Assembly: GCA_965365465.1 (NCBI GenBank)
Contig: CBDUBU010000002.1
Span: 1-50,858 of the forward strand
Length of the DNA stretch: 50,858 nt
Source of the DNA: an uncultured Rhodothermaceae bacterium
Lineage (GTDB): Bacteria > Bacteroidota > Rhodothermia > Rhodothermales > DASSAV01
Direction: 5' to 3'
Part shown: piece by piece, positions 1-9,948 of the stretch
How positions within the stretch are numbered: the first letter of the stretch is position 1
How the letters are laid out: each line of letters starts with the position of its first letter
The notes under the pieces: generated by a model
What the model was told of the DNA's origin: nothing
Seen by the model: only the letters and a program-made list of their open reading frames with translations
Database searches by the model: none
Program-made: the position numbers and the translations under genes

Positions 1-19
1 TGCTGCAACCGAATGACCA

Positions 20-535
20 ATGAAAAAAACCATTGCTGCATCAACCATCTTCCTTCTACTTCTTCTATCGGGAGGCATCTGGATTTCCCTTGCTCAGTTT
101 CTACCTGATGGCGTGCCGCGATCCGTTTTGATTATCGTACTCGGAGCCGTGTTCGTGGGCACTTTCATCTGGCTCTTGATATCCAGAGTCCGGGGACTGC
201 TCGCCGGGAAAGGACGTGTCTGGGTTGAAATCGCTCTTGTTTCCGTTAATCTTACCCTGCTGATTCTGGCTTTCGCCTGGATGTACAAAATGATCGGAGT
301 CATGGATAACACTCCGTCAGGTCCGCAAACGGTCAACGATTTTCTGATCTGCGTCTATTATTCAGTAGTTACCTTTACGACGCTCGGGTACGGAGATTAT
401 TATCCTCAAGGCATCGGCCGGGTGCTTGCCGCTATGGAAGCCCTCACGGGCTATCTGATTCTTGGCATCCTGGCTTCAACGGGCGCTTCTCTCTTGTCTC
501 CGAAGGAGGGGCCATTCAAGGAGGAAAACCAATAG
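20..535 (+). CDS. Small potassium-channel family protein (pore-loop channel, Ion_trans_2-like)
   Basis: 171-aa ORF with several hydrophobic helices and the K+ selectivity-filter signature TTLGYGD. Confidence 0.8.
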   Translation: MKKTIAASTIFLLLLLSGGIWISLAQFLPDGVPRSVLIIVLGAVFVGTFIWLLISRVRGLLAGKGRVWVEIALVSVNLTLLILAFAWMYKMIGVMDNTPSGPQTVNDFLICVYYSVVTFTTLGYGDYYPQGIGRVLAAMEALTGYLILGILASTGASLLSPKEGPFKEENQ

Positions 536-650
536 TTTTCCGGGCCCTGGAAGGTTGGCCGGACAGGATGATCTGCGTGGCGGGGGCAACAAAGATCCTT
601 GCCATGCATTCACTCACTTCGCAGCAGGATAACCAGATTAACCAACATAG

Positions 651-1193
651 ATGAACGACAGAAAAGAGATTGCCACACTGGGGGGAGGATGCTTCTGGTG
701 CCTGGAAGCTGTGTTCGAGCAACTGCGCGGCGTCGAATCAGTCCTGTCAGGTTATGCCGGAGGGACGGTAGTTGCGCCAACGTATCGTCAGGTATGTTCG
801 GGGACGACCGGTCATGCCGAGGTTGTTCAGGTCGCTTTCGATCCGCAAGCGCTTACCTATTACGATCTGCTCAACGTGTTCTTTGGCATCCACGACCCCA
901 CGACGCCAAATAGGCAGGGAGCGGATGTGGGCACGCAGTACCGGTCAGTAATCTTCTACCATTCTCCCGAACAGAAAGCTGTTGCAGAACAGGTCATTTC
1001 CGAGATTGAAAGCGCCGGGATCTGGGGAAACAGGCTCGTAACGGAATTGAAACCGCTGGACGTATTTTATCCGGCAGAAGATTATCATCAAGGATACTAC
1101 CGTGAGAATCCCCGCCAGATGTATTGCCAGGCAGTAATAGAGCCAAAGGTAGCGAAGTTTCGAAAAGAGCATATCGAAAAGTTGAAGCAATAA
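651..1193 (+). CDS. msrA: Peptide-methionine (S)-S-oxide reductase MsrA
   Basis: 180 aa; N-terminal [12 protein letters not shown] active-site motif and YHQGYY-type C-terminal region typical of MsrA. Confidence 0.95.
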   Translation: MNDRKEIATLGGGCFWCLEAVFEQLRGVESVLSGYAGGTVVAPTYRQVCSGTTGHAEVVQVAFDPQALTYYDLLNVFFGIHDPTTPNRQGADVGTQYRSVIFYHSPEQKAVAEQVISEIESAGIWGNRLVTELKPLDVFYPAEDYHQGYYRENPRQMYCQAVIEPKVAKFRKEHIEKLKQ

Positions 1194-1423
1194 GAAGCGG
1201 TCTGGCAAGCTGGCAAAGCGGCGCTGCATATCCATCCGTCGTGTCATGCTGAACGCAGGGCAGCATCTATGCACTGGGAGGGTAGGCGCTCGTGACGTGC
1301 GCATGTCTATGCTGCACCTAACTCCTACGTCCAGACAGTCTCTACGGTGAATATCGGGGACATCATCTCACTCCTTGGTGCAACGCCCGGTCATTTATTT
1401 TTTGCGTGTGGGCGTTTGGGAGA

Positions 1424-1449
1424 GTAATTACCCGGGAGCGGGTAATTAC
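1424..1449. repeat. Perfect inverted repeat GTAATTACCCG-GGAG-CGGGTAATTAC (11-bp arms, 4-nt spacer); possible operator or RNA hairpin
   Basis: Read directly from the sequence. Lies in the 384-nt gap upstream of ORF 1578..1814. No T-run follows, so it is not a classical terminator. Confidence 0.5.
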
Positions 1450-1577
1450 GTCACAGTTGATAGATAAAAAGAGAGTGGGCGCTCATTGAGCGGTGCGCGA
1501 GGGGCATTTAACTTTTTTACCGTTCTGCCGATACTATTTGTAATCCAGGTTACTATTTCACAGCAACGGGTTTACAG

Positions 1578-1814
1578 ATGCAATACCTGATTGAGTCATC
1601 GCTGGAGCGCCTCATGGAATTAGCGCGTCATAATCAGATCGTGGACGATTACCTGGTTACGGAAGATGAGGTGCGAATTCGACAGGGAAGCCTGGAACTC
1701 GTATTCGCGCCTGCCGAAGCCGTAGACCTGCTTCGTGTTTTATTGCCGGCCTATGCGCGCGCCGCAAAATATGCGGCCCCAGGTAATCCAGCACAGTCAG
1801 AAGAAGACGAGTAA
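1578..1814 (+). CDS. Hypothetical small protein (78 aa, acidic C-terminus)
   Basis: ATG-initiated ORF with protein-like composition, followed by a strong hairpin terminator. No family recognised. Confidence 0.4.
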   Translation: MQYLIESSLERLMELARHNQIVDDYLVTEDEVRIRQGSLELVFAPAEAVDLLRVLLPAYARAAKYAAPGNPAQSEEDE

Positions 1815-1914
1815 TTATACTCCGCTTTAGCAGAGGGCAAGTCAAAACACAGATAGTGGAAGTATGGGTGTGCTCTCCGGCATTTAACCGGCCTCCTTGA
1901 CAGGAGAATACAAG

Positions 1915-1958
1915 AAAAAAGCCCGAAGCTGCTTCTAAAGGCAACTTCGGGCTTTTTT
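1915..1958. terminator. Bidirectional rho-independent terminator
   Basis: AAAAAA-GCCCGAAGCTGC-loop-GCAACTTCGGGC-TTTTTT. A-run on one side and T-run on the other, between the + ORF 1578..1814 and the - strand tRNA-Asp. Confidence 0.75.
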
Positions 1959-1963
1959 GTGGG

Positions 1964-2037
1964 CGGTCCGGACGGGACTCGAACCCGCGACCTCCAGCGT
2001 GACAGGCTGGCATTCTAACCAACTGAACTACCGGACC
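1964..2037 (-). tRNA. tRNA-Asp (anticodon GTC)
   Basis: Minus strand reads GGTCCGGTAGTTCAGTTGGTTAGAATGCCAGCCTGTCACGCTGGAGGTCGCGGGTTCGAGTCCCGTCCGGACCG. Cloverleaf with CT-GTC-AC anticodon loop and GGTTCGAGTCC T-arm, very close to E. coli tRNA-Asp. CCA is not encoded. Confidence 0.93.
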
Positions 2038-2306
2038 TTTTACAGACGTGGCTTCTAAACCGGGATCGCCTGTATGTTCCCTCCTTTATCAGAGGCTTGC
2101 TAAGATAAGGGCAATCATCAGGCAGAGCAAGTCCCTTCATTGTGAAGCATCCATAAAGATGTGTTCTCGGTAGGCGAAATATTCTAACAGGTAATTGCTG
2201 CTTCGAATAGAGGCAATAAAACAGATTCGTCGTTCCATTACTGGCAGTAAGCCCGCAAGACACCTATATTCTTTCAACTTTCCCATCACCTATCTCAGGA
2301 GCGTAT

Positions 2307-3059
2307 ATGCCTCCATTTCTGGCCGAAGCTGTCGGAACGGCCTTACTCCTCTTGCTCGGCGACGGTGTTGTCGCTAACGTTGTGCTCTCGCGCACGAAGG
2401 GCAACAACGCCGGCTGGATTGTGATCACCTTCGGCTGGGGCATGGCCGTTTTCGTAGGCGTATTCACCACGGCTTCGTTCAGCGGGGCGCACCTGAATCC
2501 GGCCGTCACCATCGGGCTGGCTGCAGCCGGTAAGTTCGCATGGGCAGATGTCCCCGTTTACTGGGCAGGGCAGTTTCTCGGAGCAGCGGTAGGCGCCTTT
2601 CTGGTATGGCTTCATTACAAGCCTCATTTCGCCGTGACGGAGGACAAAGACGCAAAACTGGGCGTGTTCTGTACGGGTCCTGCGATTCGGGCTGATTTCT
2701 CTAATTTTATTTCAGAGTTGTTAGGCACGTTTGTGCTCGTATTTGCCGTGCTCTATCTGGCATCGCCGGAAGTGGGACTAGGCGCCCTGGATGCGTTGCC
2801 TGTGGCCCTGGTCGTGCTGGTGATAGGTCTCTCGCTCGGCGGAACAACCGGGTACGCCATCAACCCGGCGCGTGATCTGAGTCCGAGGATAATGCACGCT
2901 TTGTTGCCTATTCCCGGCAAACGGGACAGCGATTGGAGCTATGCGTGGATTCCTGTGGCAGGGCCGCTCGCCGGCGGCCTTCTGGCTGCTCTGGTTTATG
3001 TGCTCATTGACTGGAGCAGCACGCTTTTTGTCGCGCCAGCCTCGTTAATCACCCCATAA
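2307..3059 (+). CDS. glpF: Aquaglyceroporin / glycerol uptake facilitator (MIP family)
   Basis: 250 aa, six hydrophobic helices, two NPA boxes ([13 protein letters not shown]); directly upstream of glpK. Confidence 0.9.
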   Translation: MPPFLAEAVGTALLLLLGDGVVANVVLSRTKGNNAGWIVITFGWGMAVFVGVFTTASFSGAHLNPAVTIGLAAAGKFAWADVPVYWAGQFLGAAVGAFLVWLHYKPHFAVTEDKDAKLGVFCTGPAIRADFSNFISELLGTFVLVFAVLYLASPEVGLGALDALPVALVVLVIGLSLGGTTGYAINPARDLSPRIMHALLPIPGKRDSDWSYAWIPVAGPLAGGLLAALVYVLIDWSSTLFVAPASLITP

Positions 3060-3099
3060 CGACTATTCTGGCAGGCATCTTCAACCAAAGGAGGTTTTC

Positions 3100-4596
3100 G
3101 TGCCATACATTCTCGCGCTCGACCAGGGTACGACAAGCTCGCGTGCGCTCGTCGTAGATCATGCCGGCTCGGTAGTAGCCCTGGCGCAAAAAGAATTTCA
3201 GCAGATCTTTCCCCGCCCGGGATGGGTTGAGCATGATCCCAATGAAATATGGTCGTCTCAGGCTGGCGTCGCTGTGGAGGCTATCGCCAATAGCGGTATA
3301 GAAGTGCGTGATATTGCCGCTATCGGCATTACCAACCAGCGTGAGACCGCCGTCGTGTGGGATCGGCATACCGGCGAACCTGTGTATAACGCGATCGTAT
3401 GGCAAGACCGGCGCACGTCGGGTTACTGTGACCGGCTAAAGGCCGAGGGGCTGGAGCCGCTCATCCGCGACAGGACTGGTCTCGTCATTGATGCCTACTT
3501 CTCAGGAACGAAAGTTCACTGGATTCTAGAGAACGTTCCGGGCGCTCGTGAAAAGGCAGCGGCAGGGGATCTTGCATTTGGCACTATCGATTCATGGCTT
3601 ATCTGGAAGCTCACGAAGGGACAAACGCACGTAACCGATGTTACCAACGCGAGCCGGACAATGCTCTTCAACATCCACACGCGAAGCTGGGATGATGAGT
3701 TGCTTGATGCGCTGGGAGTGCCTCGTTCCATGCTTCCGGAGGTTCGAAGCTCCAGCGAGGTCTATGCAACGACAGCAGGCGATTTACTCTCGCAGAAAGT
3801 CCCGATCGCCGGTATTGCAGGCGACCAGCAGGCAGCCCTGTTCGGACAGGTCTGTACCCGTCCCGGAATGGTCAAGAATACGTACGGCACGGGATGTTTT
3901 ATGCTCATGAATACAGGGACAAAGCCGGTTGCCTCTAAAAACAACCTGCTGACCACTATTGCGTGGCAGATAGGAGAACGGGTAGAGTATGCGCTCGAAG
4001 GAAGCATTTTCATCGCAGGCGCTGTTGTGCAGTGGCTGCGCGATGGGTTGGGCATCATCCGGTCTTCTTCGGAGGTAGAGGCGCTGGCGCGAAGTGTAGC
4101 GTCTACAGATGGGGTTTACCTTGTGCCTGCCTTCACCGGGTTAGGCGCCCCTCACTGGGACCCCTATGCCCGAGGCGCTATTGTCGGTCTTACGCGCGGC
4201 ACGATGGCAGCACACATTGCCCGGGCGGCATTAGAGAGCATTGCCTATCAAACCGTAGATGTGATACGCGCCATGGAGGCCGATGCAGGCATCTCACTGG
4301 CTGAATTGCGGGTGGATGGGGGCGCTACCGCCAATGACTTGCTGATGCAGTTCCAGGCGGATCTTCTGGGCGTCCCGGTGGTGCGCCCCGAAGTGGCTGA
4401 AACAACGGCGCTCGGAGCCGCCTACCTGGCGGGCCTGGCTGTAGGATTCTGGAAAGACGAAAAAGATATAGCCGCCCACTGGCAAGTTAACCGCCGCTTT
4501 GAGCCGGAAATGACACAGAATGATGCCTCTGACCTGCTGTCCGGTTGGAGTCGGGCGCTGGACCGGGCCAGAGGATGGGAGCAGCATGATGCTTGA
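3100..4596 (+). CDS. glpK: Glycerol kinase
   Basis: 498 aa, GTG start preceded by AAGGAGG; FGGY kinase motifs ([33 protein letters not shown]). Confidence 0.97.
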   Translation: MPYILALDQGTTSSRALVVDHAGSVVALAQKEFQQIFPRPGWVEHDPNEIWSSQAGVAVEAIANSGIEVRDIAAIGITNQRETAVVWDRHTGEPVYNAIVWQDRRTSGYCDRLKAEGLEPLIRDRTGLVIDAYFSGTKVHWILENVPGAREKAAAGDLAFGTIDSWLIWKLTKGQTHVTDVTNASRTMLFNIHTRSWDDELLDALGVPRSMLPEVRSSSEVYATTAGDLLSQKVPIAGIAGDQQAALFGQVCTRPGMVKNTYGTGCFMLMNTGTKPVASKNNLLTTIAWQIGERVEYALEGSIFIAGAVVQWLRDGLGIIRSSSEVEALARSVASTDGVYLVPAFTGLGAPHWDPYARGAIVGLTRGTMAAHIARAALESIAYQTVDVIRAMEADAGISLAELRVDGGATANDLLMQFQADLLGVPVVRPEVAETTALGAAYLAGLAVGFWKDEKDIAAHWQVNRRFEPEMTQNDASDLLSGWSRALDRARGWEQHDA

Positions 4597-4708
4597 CGAC
4601 TCACCAGGAAAGACGCTCCTCCTGCCCTCTGGTGTTGCCGCTTTTATCAGAGCGTCCCCGTTTGGTAGTTGAAAGAGCTCTTTGCGATTCTACAGGAAAA
4701 GGTGCTTG

Positions 4709-6271
4709 ATGAACCGGGACTTGATGCTTCAGCGGTTGGAATCCGACAGCGAATACTGGGACTTCATCATTATCGGAGGCGGCGCTACAGGTCTTGGAAC
4801 TGCTGTAGAAGCTGCTTCGCGTGGTTACCGGACCCTTTTGCTGGAGCAGGATGACTTTGCAAAGGGAACATCGAGCCGCAGCACCAAACTGATCCACGGG
4901 GGCGTTCGGTATCTCCAGCAAGGAAATATCTCGCTGGTGCTCGAAGCGCTCCGGGAAAGAGGTCTTCTGATAAAAAACGCGCCCCATCTGGTGCATCATC
5001 TTGCCTTTGTCGTACCCAATTACGATTGGTGGGAAGGCCCCTTCTACGGGATTGGCTTGCGTCTGTACGATGTGCTTGCGGGAAAACTCGGACTTGGGCC
5101 TTCTAGGAATCTTTCGCGGGAGGAAACGCTGGAACGAATTCCTACGCTGGAGCCGGAAGGGCTGCGCGGCGGCGTTGTTTATTACGATGGACAATTCGAC
5201 GATGCAAGGCTGGCGATAAACCTGGCGCAAACTGCCGTCGACCTCGACGGTGTTGTCCTTAATTACGTGAAGGTCATCGGGCTTCAGAAAAAGAATGGCC
5301 TCATCAGTGGCGTGCTTGCCTGCGACCTTGAGACAGAGAAGGAATATGCGTTGAAGGCGCGCGTGGTCATTAACGCAACCGGGGTTTTTACGGACAGCAT
5401 CCGGCATATGGATGACCAGGAATCAACCCCTGTCATCAACGCAAGCCAGGGGGTGCATCTGGTGCTGGACAAGTCTTTTCTGCCCGGTGACAGCGCCATC
5501 ATGGTTCCTCATACGGATGACGGCAGGGTGCTTTTTGCGGTGCCCTGGCATGACTGCGTTGTCGTAGGAACTACCGATACACCGGTGGAGGAGGTTTCCC
5601 TTGAGCCGCGCCCTCTGGAAGACGAAATTGACTTTCTGCTAACGCACGCAGCGCGGTATTTAACCAAAGATCCTGTAGCCTCCGATGTGCTCAGTATGTT
5701 CGCAGGCTTGCGGCCTCTCGTAAAGGCCGGCGACGAAAAGAACACGGCGGCTATATCCCGTGACCATACCTTGATGATTTCACCATCAGGTCTCGTGACC
5801 ATTACGGGGGGGAAGTGGACAACATACCGCAAGATGGCCGAGGATACAGTTAACGAGGCCGCCATTGTAGCCGGACTGGACGAACGTCCCTCAAAAACGG
5901 AAAATCTGCGCCTTCATGGCTGGCTGAAACATGCTGCAGGAGAAGAGCCGCTGGAAGATTACGGGTCGGATGCACCAGGTGTTCAGAAAACACTTCAAGA
6001 GAAGGAAGGCTGGTCCGAACGTCTGCACCCGAACCTGCCCTACTACCGGGGAGAAGTAGTCTGGGCCGTCAGAGAAGAAATGGCGCGTACCGTTGAAGAT
6101 GTTCTTTCGCGGCGAACGCGCTCGTTGTTGCTGAACGCACGAGCCGGTATGGAGGCCGCGCCGGAAGTGGCCCGACTGATGGCATCTGAACTGGGCCGGG
6201 ATCAAGCATGGCAAAAGAGACAGATCGATGCTTACCGGAATCTGGCACAAGGGTACGTCCTGGAAGGGTAA
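4709..6271 (+). CDS. glpD: FAD-dependent glycerol-3-phosphate dehydrogenase
   Basis: Dinucleotide-binding motif DFIIIGGGATGLG near the N-terminus and GlpD-like length. The frame is open from a TTG at 4682, but the ATG at 4709 is the more likely start. Confidence 0.92.
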   Translation: MNRDLMLQRLESDSEYWDFIIIGGGATGLGTAVEAASRGYRTLLLEQDDFAKGTSSRSTKLIHGGVRYLQQGNISLVLEALRERGLLIKNAPHLVHHLAFVVPNYDWWEGPFYGIGLRLYDVLAGKLGLGPSRNLSREETLERIPTLEPEGLRGGVVYYDGQFDDARLAINLAQTAVDLDGVVLNYVKVIGLQKKNGLISGVLACDLETEKEYALKARVVINATGVFTDSIRHMDDQESTPVINASQGVHLVLDKSFLPGDSAIMVPHTDDGRVLFAVPWHDCVVVGTTDTPVEEVSLEPRPLEDEIDFLLTHAARYLTKDPVASDVLSMFAGLRPLVKAGDEKNTAAISRDHTLMISPSGLVTITGGKWTTYRKMAEDTVNEAAIVAGLDERPSKTENLRLHGWLKHAAGEEPLEDYGSDAPGVQKTLQEKEGWSERLHPNLPYYRGEVVWAVREEMARTVEDVLSRRTRSLLLNARAGMEAAPEVARLMASELGRDQAWQKRQIDAYRNLAQGYVLEG

Positions 6272-6337
6272 TGGCGCCGGATGCGTGGAGCCTGGTATGG
6301 TAAATAATGAGAACGAAAACGTCTGCCTGGAGGAAAA

Positions 6338-6784
6338 ATGATAGTAGCAGACCTGCAAGCGATAACAGGTCGCGTATATCCGGCTCGCCGGAGAACGCAG
6401 AACTTGGTTGGCGGAGAATCTCCCATTCAAGCTTCCAGCTTTTCAATGGGATACGTTACGCTTGAACCCCACGGGGGGCAGGTGCCGTGGCACAACCAGG
6501 AGCAGGAAGAAATCTATTTCATTCTGGAGGGCGCCGGTGAAATGTGCCTTGGGGAGGAGCGGAAAACCGTATCCGCAGGACAGGCTGTCTTTATTCCACC
6601 GGAGGTATTTCATCAACTCACCAATGTGGGCGCTGAACCGCTGAAAATGATCTACTGTTACGGCCCGGCCGGGGATGTCGCGCACTGGCGCCAGGAACTC
6701 AAGGGTACATTGCCCCGCGCAGGCATCGAAGCGCCTCCCCTTCCGGAGGGAGCCGCTGCTCAATGCACGAAAAAGCCTGCTTAA
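6338..6784 (+). CDS. Cupin-domain protein
   Basis: 148 aa; cupin motifs (PWHNQEQEEIYFILEGAG ... VFIPPEVFHQLTN); GGAGG-like SD before the ATG. Confidence 0.8.
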   Translation: MIVADLQAITGRVYPARRRTQNLVGGESPIQASSFSMGYVTLEPHGGQVPWHNQEQEEIYFILEGAGEMCLGEERKTVSAGQAVFIPPEVFHQLTNVGAEPLKMIYCYGPAGDVAHWRQELKGTLPRAGIEAPPLPEGAAAQCTKKPA

Positions 6785-6825
6785 AGAACCCTATCCGGCA
6801 ACGTATTATTCGTCTTTTCGGCTCT

Positions 6826-7983
6826 ATGGAACACATAAACACACACAGGATCGGGGTCATCATGAACGGGGTGACCGGTCGGATGGGCACAAATCAGCAT
6901 CTCGTAAGGTCGATTCTTGCCATTCAGGCGCAAGGAGGCATTCGGCTCAGTGATCGGGAAGTCATCATGCCTGAGCCGTTTCTGGTGGGGCGGAATACCG
7001 CAAAGCTCGGCAAGTTAGCCGCGCAATATGGCATCAAGAAATGGAGCGCTAATCTGGAGGAGGCCCTGAATGATGATTCCGCGCAGGTCTATTTCGATGC
7101 CCAGACGACGGATCGAAGAGTGGACAGTGTGAGCAGGGCAATTGAAGCGGGTAAGCATGTCTATTGCGAAAAGCCCACGGCGCTGACGACGGCAGAGGCG
7201 CTCTCCCTCTACAGGTTAGCTGAAGCGCAGGGCGTTAAGCACGGAGTGGTGCAGGATAAACTCTGGCTGCCCGGCATCAGGAAGCTGAAGCAATTGCTCG
7301 ACAGCGGGTTTTTCGGGCGTGTTCTGTCGGTAAGAGGAGAATTTGGTTACTGGGTTTTTGAAGGAAATCTCGTTCCATCGCAGCGGCCGTCCTGGAACTA
7401 TCGGAAGGAGGATGGAGGGGGCATCATTCTCGATATGTTTTGCCACTGGAGGTATGTGTTAGACAACCTGTTCGGCGAGGTCAAAAGTGTAGTTTGCCTG
7501 GGCGCGCGCCACATCCCTCAGCGCTGGGATGAGCAGGGCATTGCCTATGACGCGGACGCGGATGATGCCGCCTATGGAATTTTTGAACTGGAAGGAGGAA
7601 TCGTGGCTCAGTTCAACTCGTCATGGGCCGTGCGCGTTCGGCGGGATGACCTGCTCACCATTCAGGTGGACGGAACCGAAGGCTCTGCCTCAGCCGGCTT
7701 GCGCAAGTGTGTGCTGCAGCCGGGCAATGCAACGCCTCGCCCGGTGTGGAATCCTGACGTAGATAATCCGCATAGCTACCTCGACGATTGGCTTCCGATG
7801 CCCGATCAGCAGACATTCGACAATGCTTTCAAGGCGCAATGGGAGTTATTCTTGCGTCACGTTGTCAAGGACGAGCCGTTCAGGTGGAATCTGCTCGAAG
7901 GTGCTAAAGGAGTGCAACTTGCCGAAAAGGGATATGAGTCCTGGGAAAAACGTGCATGGGTGGACATTCCTTTGCTGACCTGA
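6826..7983 (+). CDS. Gfo/Idh/MocA-family NAD(P)-dependent oxidoreductase
   Basis: N-terminal Rossmann stretch IGVIMNGVTGRMG and EKP motif (YCEKPTALT). The frame is open from 6763, but the ATG at 6826 avoids overlap with the cupin gene. Confidence 0.85.
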   Translation: MEHINTHRIGVIMNGVTGRMGTNQHLVRSILAIQAQGGIRLSDREVIMPEPFLVGRNTAKLGKLAAQYGIKKWSANLEEALNDDSAQVYFDAQTTDRRVDSVSRAIEAGKHVYCEKPTALTTAEALSLYRLAEAQGVKHGVVQDKLWLPGIRKLKQLLDSGFFGRVLSVRGEFGYWVFEGNLVPSQRPSWNYRKEDGGGIILDMFCHWRYVLDNLFGEVKSVVCLGARHIPQRWDEQGIAYDADADDAAYGIFELEGGIVAQFNSSWAVRVRRDDLLTIQVDGTEGSASAGLRKCVLQPGNATPRPVWNPDVDNPHSYLDDWLPMPDQQTFDNAFKAQWELFLRHVVKDEPFRWNLLEGAKGVQLAEKGYESWEKRAWVDIPLLT

Positions 7984-8028
7984 GCGCACGCAGCGCTTTT
8001 CCAATGGCAAAACCCGTTGCGTGCGGCG

Positions 8029-9015
8029 CTACTTGTCTGACCCGCTATCCTGCTGTACGGCAAGTCCTATTCTGGAATCGCCCATGCCGTAGTAGAGCAG
8101 CCACTCGTTTTGGAAATACACCAGCCCCTCGACGAAAACCACATTGTCCACCTGGCCCTCTTTCTCCAACTGATCCGTTGGCTCTAGAATGGGAGCGGAG
8201 GATCGCTCTATGAGTTCGAGAGGGTTATCCGGATTGAAAATGGCGAAGCCGGTCTTGTAGACGAGATCATCGTCTGCGCCATTATAAAGCAACAGAATGC
8301 CTTTGTCTGTCAAGAGTGGGGGAGGACCGGGTTCTACGAGGCGGCTATCGAATTCACCACTTCTCGGTTGCAGTACCGGTTCCTCTACCACCGTCCAGTT
8401 CAACAGATCCGTAGAGTAGGCCGCCCAGATATTGGTGTCACCGAAGTACATCCAGTAGCGCCCTTTTACGGGCCTGTCAAAGATCGCACCCGATTTTGTC
8501 CATCCGCGATCCGGGAACACAAGCCCGTGCTTTTCCCATGAGTGAAGATCCCTGCCCGTAGCCAGCGCCAGACGGGCCGTTTCACCATCGTACGCGGTAT
8601 ATGTCAGGTAGAAGACGCTGTCCACTTGCACAATGCGCGGGTCTTCGCTCCCTCCGGGCAACTCCCATGCCTCCGTTGGGACAAACACCGGTTCGGGCAT
8701 CCGTTCAAAATGGCGTCCATCCTTACTCACCGCGAGTCCGATTCGGGAAGTCCCGTTCCATTTGCCCGTACCCGTCGAGTCTTCAGCGCGGTACAACATC
8801 CAGACAGACGCGCCATCGGTCCACACAGCCGGGTTATACACTGCCCTTTGCTCCCAATCCGTCGACCCAGGGGTGAGCACGGGGTTGCCGGCGAATTTGA
8901 CAAAAGGCCCAACGGGCATTGCCGTTTCCTGGCCGGAAGCGGCCGGGGCAGCCGCTGAAAAGATAAGAAGAGCTATTGTTACAGGAAAAAGCCTGGCTGA
9001 AGCAAAGTGTCTCAT
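8029..9015 (-). CDS. Secreted glycoside hydrolase family 130-like protein (beta-propeller glycosidase/phosphorylase fold)
   Basis: Signal peptide (MRHFASARLFPVTIALLIFSAAAPAASGQ); GH130/DUF377-like motifs (VYNPAV, EDPRIV, YLTYTAYDG, YWMYFGD, LLLYNGAD, NVVFVEGL). Confidence 0.75.
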   Translation of the reverse strand: MRHFASARLFPVTIALLIFSAAAPAASGQETAMPVGPFVKFAGNPVLTPGSTDWEQRAVYNPAVWTDGASVWMLYRAEDSTGTGKWNGTSRIGLAVSKDGRHFERMPEPVFVPTEAWELPGGSEDPRIVQVDSVFYLTYTAYDGETARLALATGRDLHSWEKHGLVFPDRGWTKSGAIFDRPVKGRYWMYFGDTNIWAAYSTDLLNWTVVEEPVLQPRSGEFDSRLVEPGPPPLLTDKGILLLYNGADDDLVYKTGFAIFNPDNPLELIERSSAPILEPTDQLEKEGQVDNVVFVEGLVYFQNEWLLYYGMGDSRIGLAVQQDSGSDK

Positions 9016-9316
9016 AATCCTCAAAGGTTTCGGATGCCGGATGCCCGGTTATAGCCAGAAAGATTCCCTTTTATGCTGGAATCGCCTGGCAGGAATAGAA
9101 GACGTATGGATCACTCCTGTGTGATCTACCCTTGCTCCGGCGCAGGTATGGCAACCGGCAGAATGCTTAATTGCGCGTTGCGTACGTGGAAAACCTGTGC
9201 CACAGCAGCATGGCGGTTTTGCTGCCGCCAAAGGGGTAGCCGGCCTCCCTGTATGCCATCCAGAGCGTGGTGAATGGGTTCGCAGGCTTCATGGAAATTG
9301 AGATCCCGTTCAGATG

Positions 9317-9727
9317 TTATTCTTCATCCACGTCATCAGCTTCTTCCGTAGCTTCTTCCGCATCCTCATCATCAGACAGGTCAATAATTATATCGTCCAC
9401 GTCATCAGGAGTTTCTTCGGGATCACGTTGCGGCTTGCGTTTGGGTTCGTCCGGGAGGATATCGCTGGCAAGTTGATAAACCGTGCCCAGGTGATGCTGG
9501 CCTGACTCTACCACGATGCCTTCCTTGATCAAAAGTTTGGCTATATTGAAAGGACACATTTCAAATCCTTTCGTGCGCATATAGAAATTGGCAGTGCGGC
9601 GCTGGTTGCCTACAATGAGCACATAGCCTTTTGCCATCTTGGCCTTTGCGTGATTCACCCATTTCTCTTTGGAGACAGTAGGACCCACGCGCCGGTCCTG
9701 CATATCACGATCGTTCGTTGTTTCCAT
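9317..9727 (-). CDS. Hypothetical protein with strongly acidic C-terminal tail
   Basis: 136-aa ORF with a globular basic core and a roughly 40-aa D/E-rich tail (DDVDDIIIDLSDDEDAEEATEEADDVDEE). No family recognised. Confidence 0.6.
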   Translation of the reverse strand: METTNDRDMQDRRVGPTVSKEKWVNHAKAKMAKGYVLIVGNQRRTANFYMRTKGFEMCPFNIAKLLIKEGIVVESGQHHLGTVYQLASDILPDEPKRKPQRDPEETPDDVDDIIIDLSDDEDAEEATEEADDVDEE

Positions 9728-9948
9728 GGTAACGGCCTCCTGGTGGGACGAAGTGCGGGCGTCAACTGAAGTTTCGATTGAGGGTTCCGTAAAATATATA
9801 TTCCGCCCATTTTTAATCCGTTGTTCTGCATTTTTCTTCTCTCAGGCCAGAAACAAGGCGCCGGGGTCGCGGCGATTACTTTTTTAGAACCCTGCGGGAG
9901 GCAATGCGTCTTATCGGCGTTGCCGGCTATTAGAGAATCCGGCGATGG

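Noticed and set aside
4601-5407. Long antisense ORFs opposite well-supported genes: 268 aa here, plus 10300..11028, 26378..26983, 26652..27296, 28329..29024, 41087..41992, 46713..47417 and 47856..48716
   Set aside because: Each fully overlaps a gene with unambiguous family motifs on the other strand. Their products are Arg/Pro/Cys/Ser-rich with no recognisable domains. These are typical shadow ORFs of a GC-rich genome.
7985-8025. Hairpin (11-bp stem including one G-U pair) between the convergent oxidoreductase and GH130 genes
   Set aside because: There is no U-run on either strand, so its role as a terminator is not supported. It may still stabilise the 3' ends.
9167-9292. 41-codon ORF on the minus strand just downstream of the acidic-tail gene (MKPANPFTTLWMAYREAGYPFGGSKTAMLLWHRFSTYATRN)
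   Set aside because: It has no SD, no recognisable motif and an ordinary random-ORF length. Noted only in case synteny shows it is conserved.
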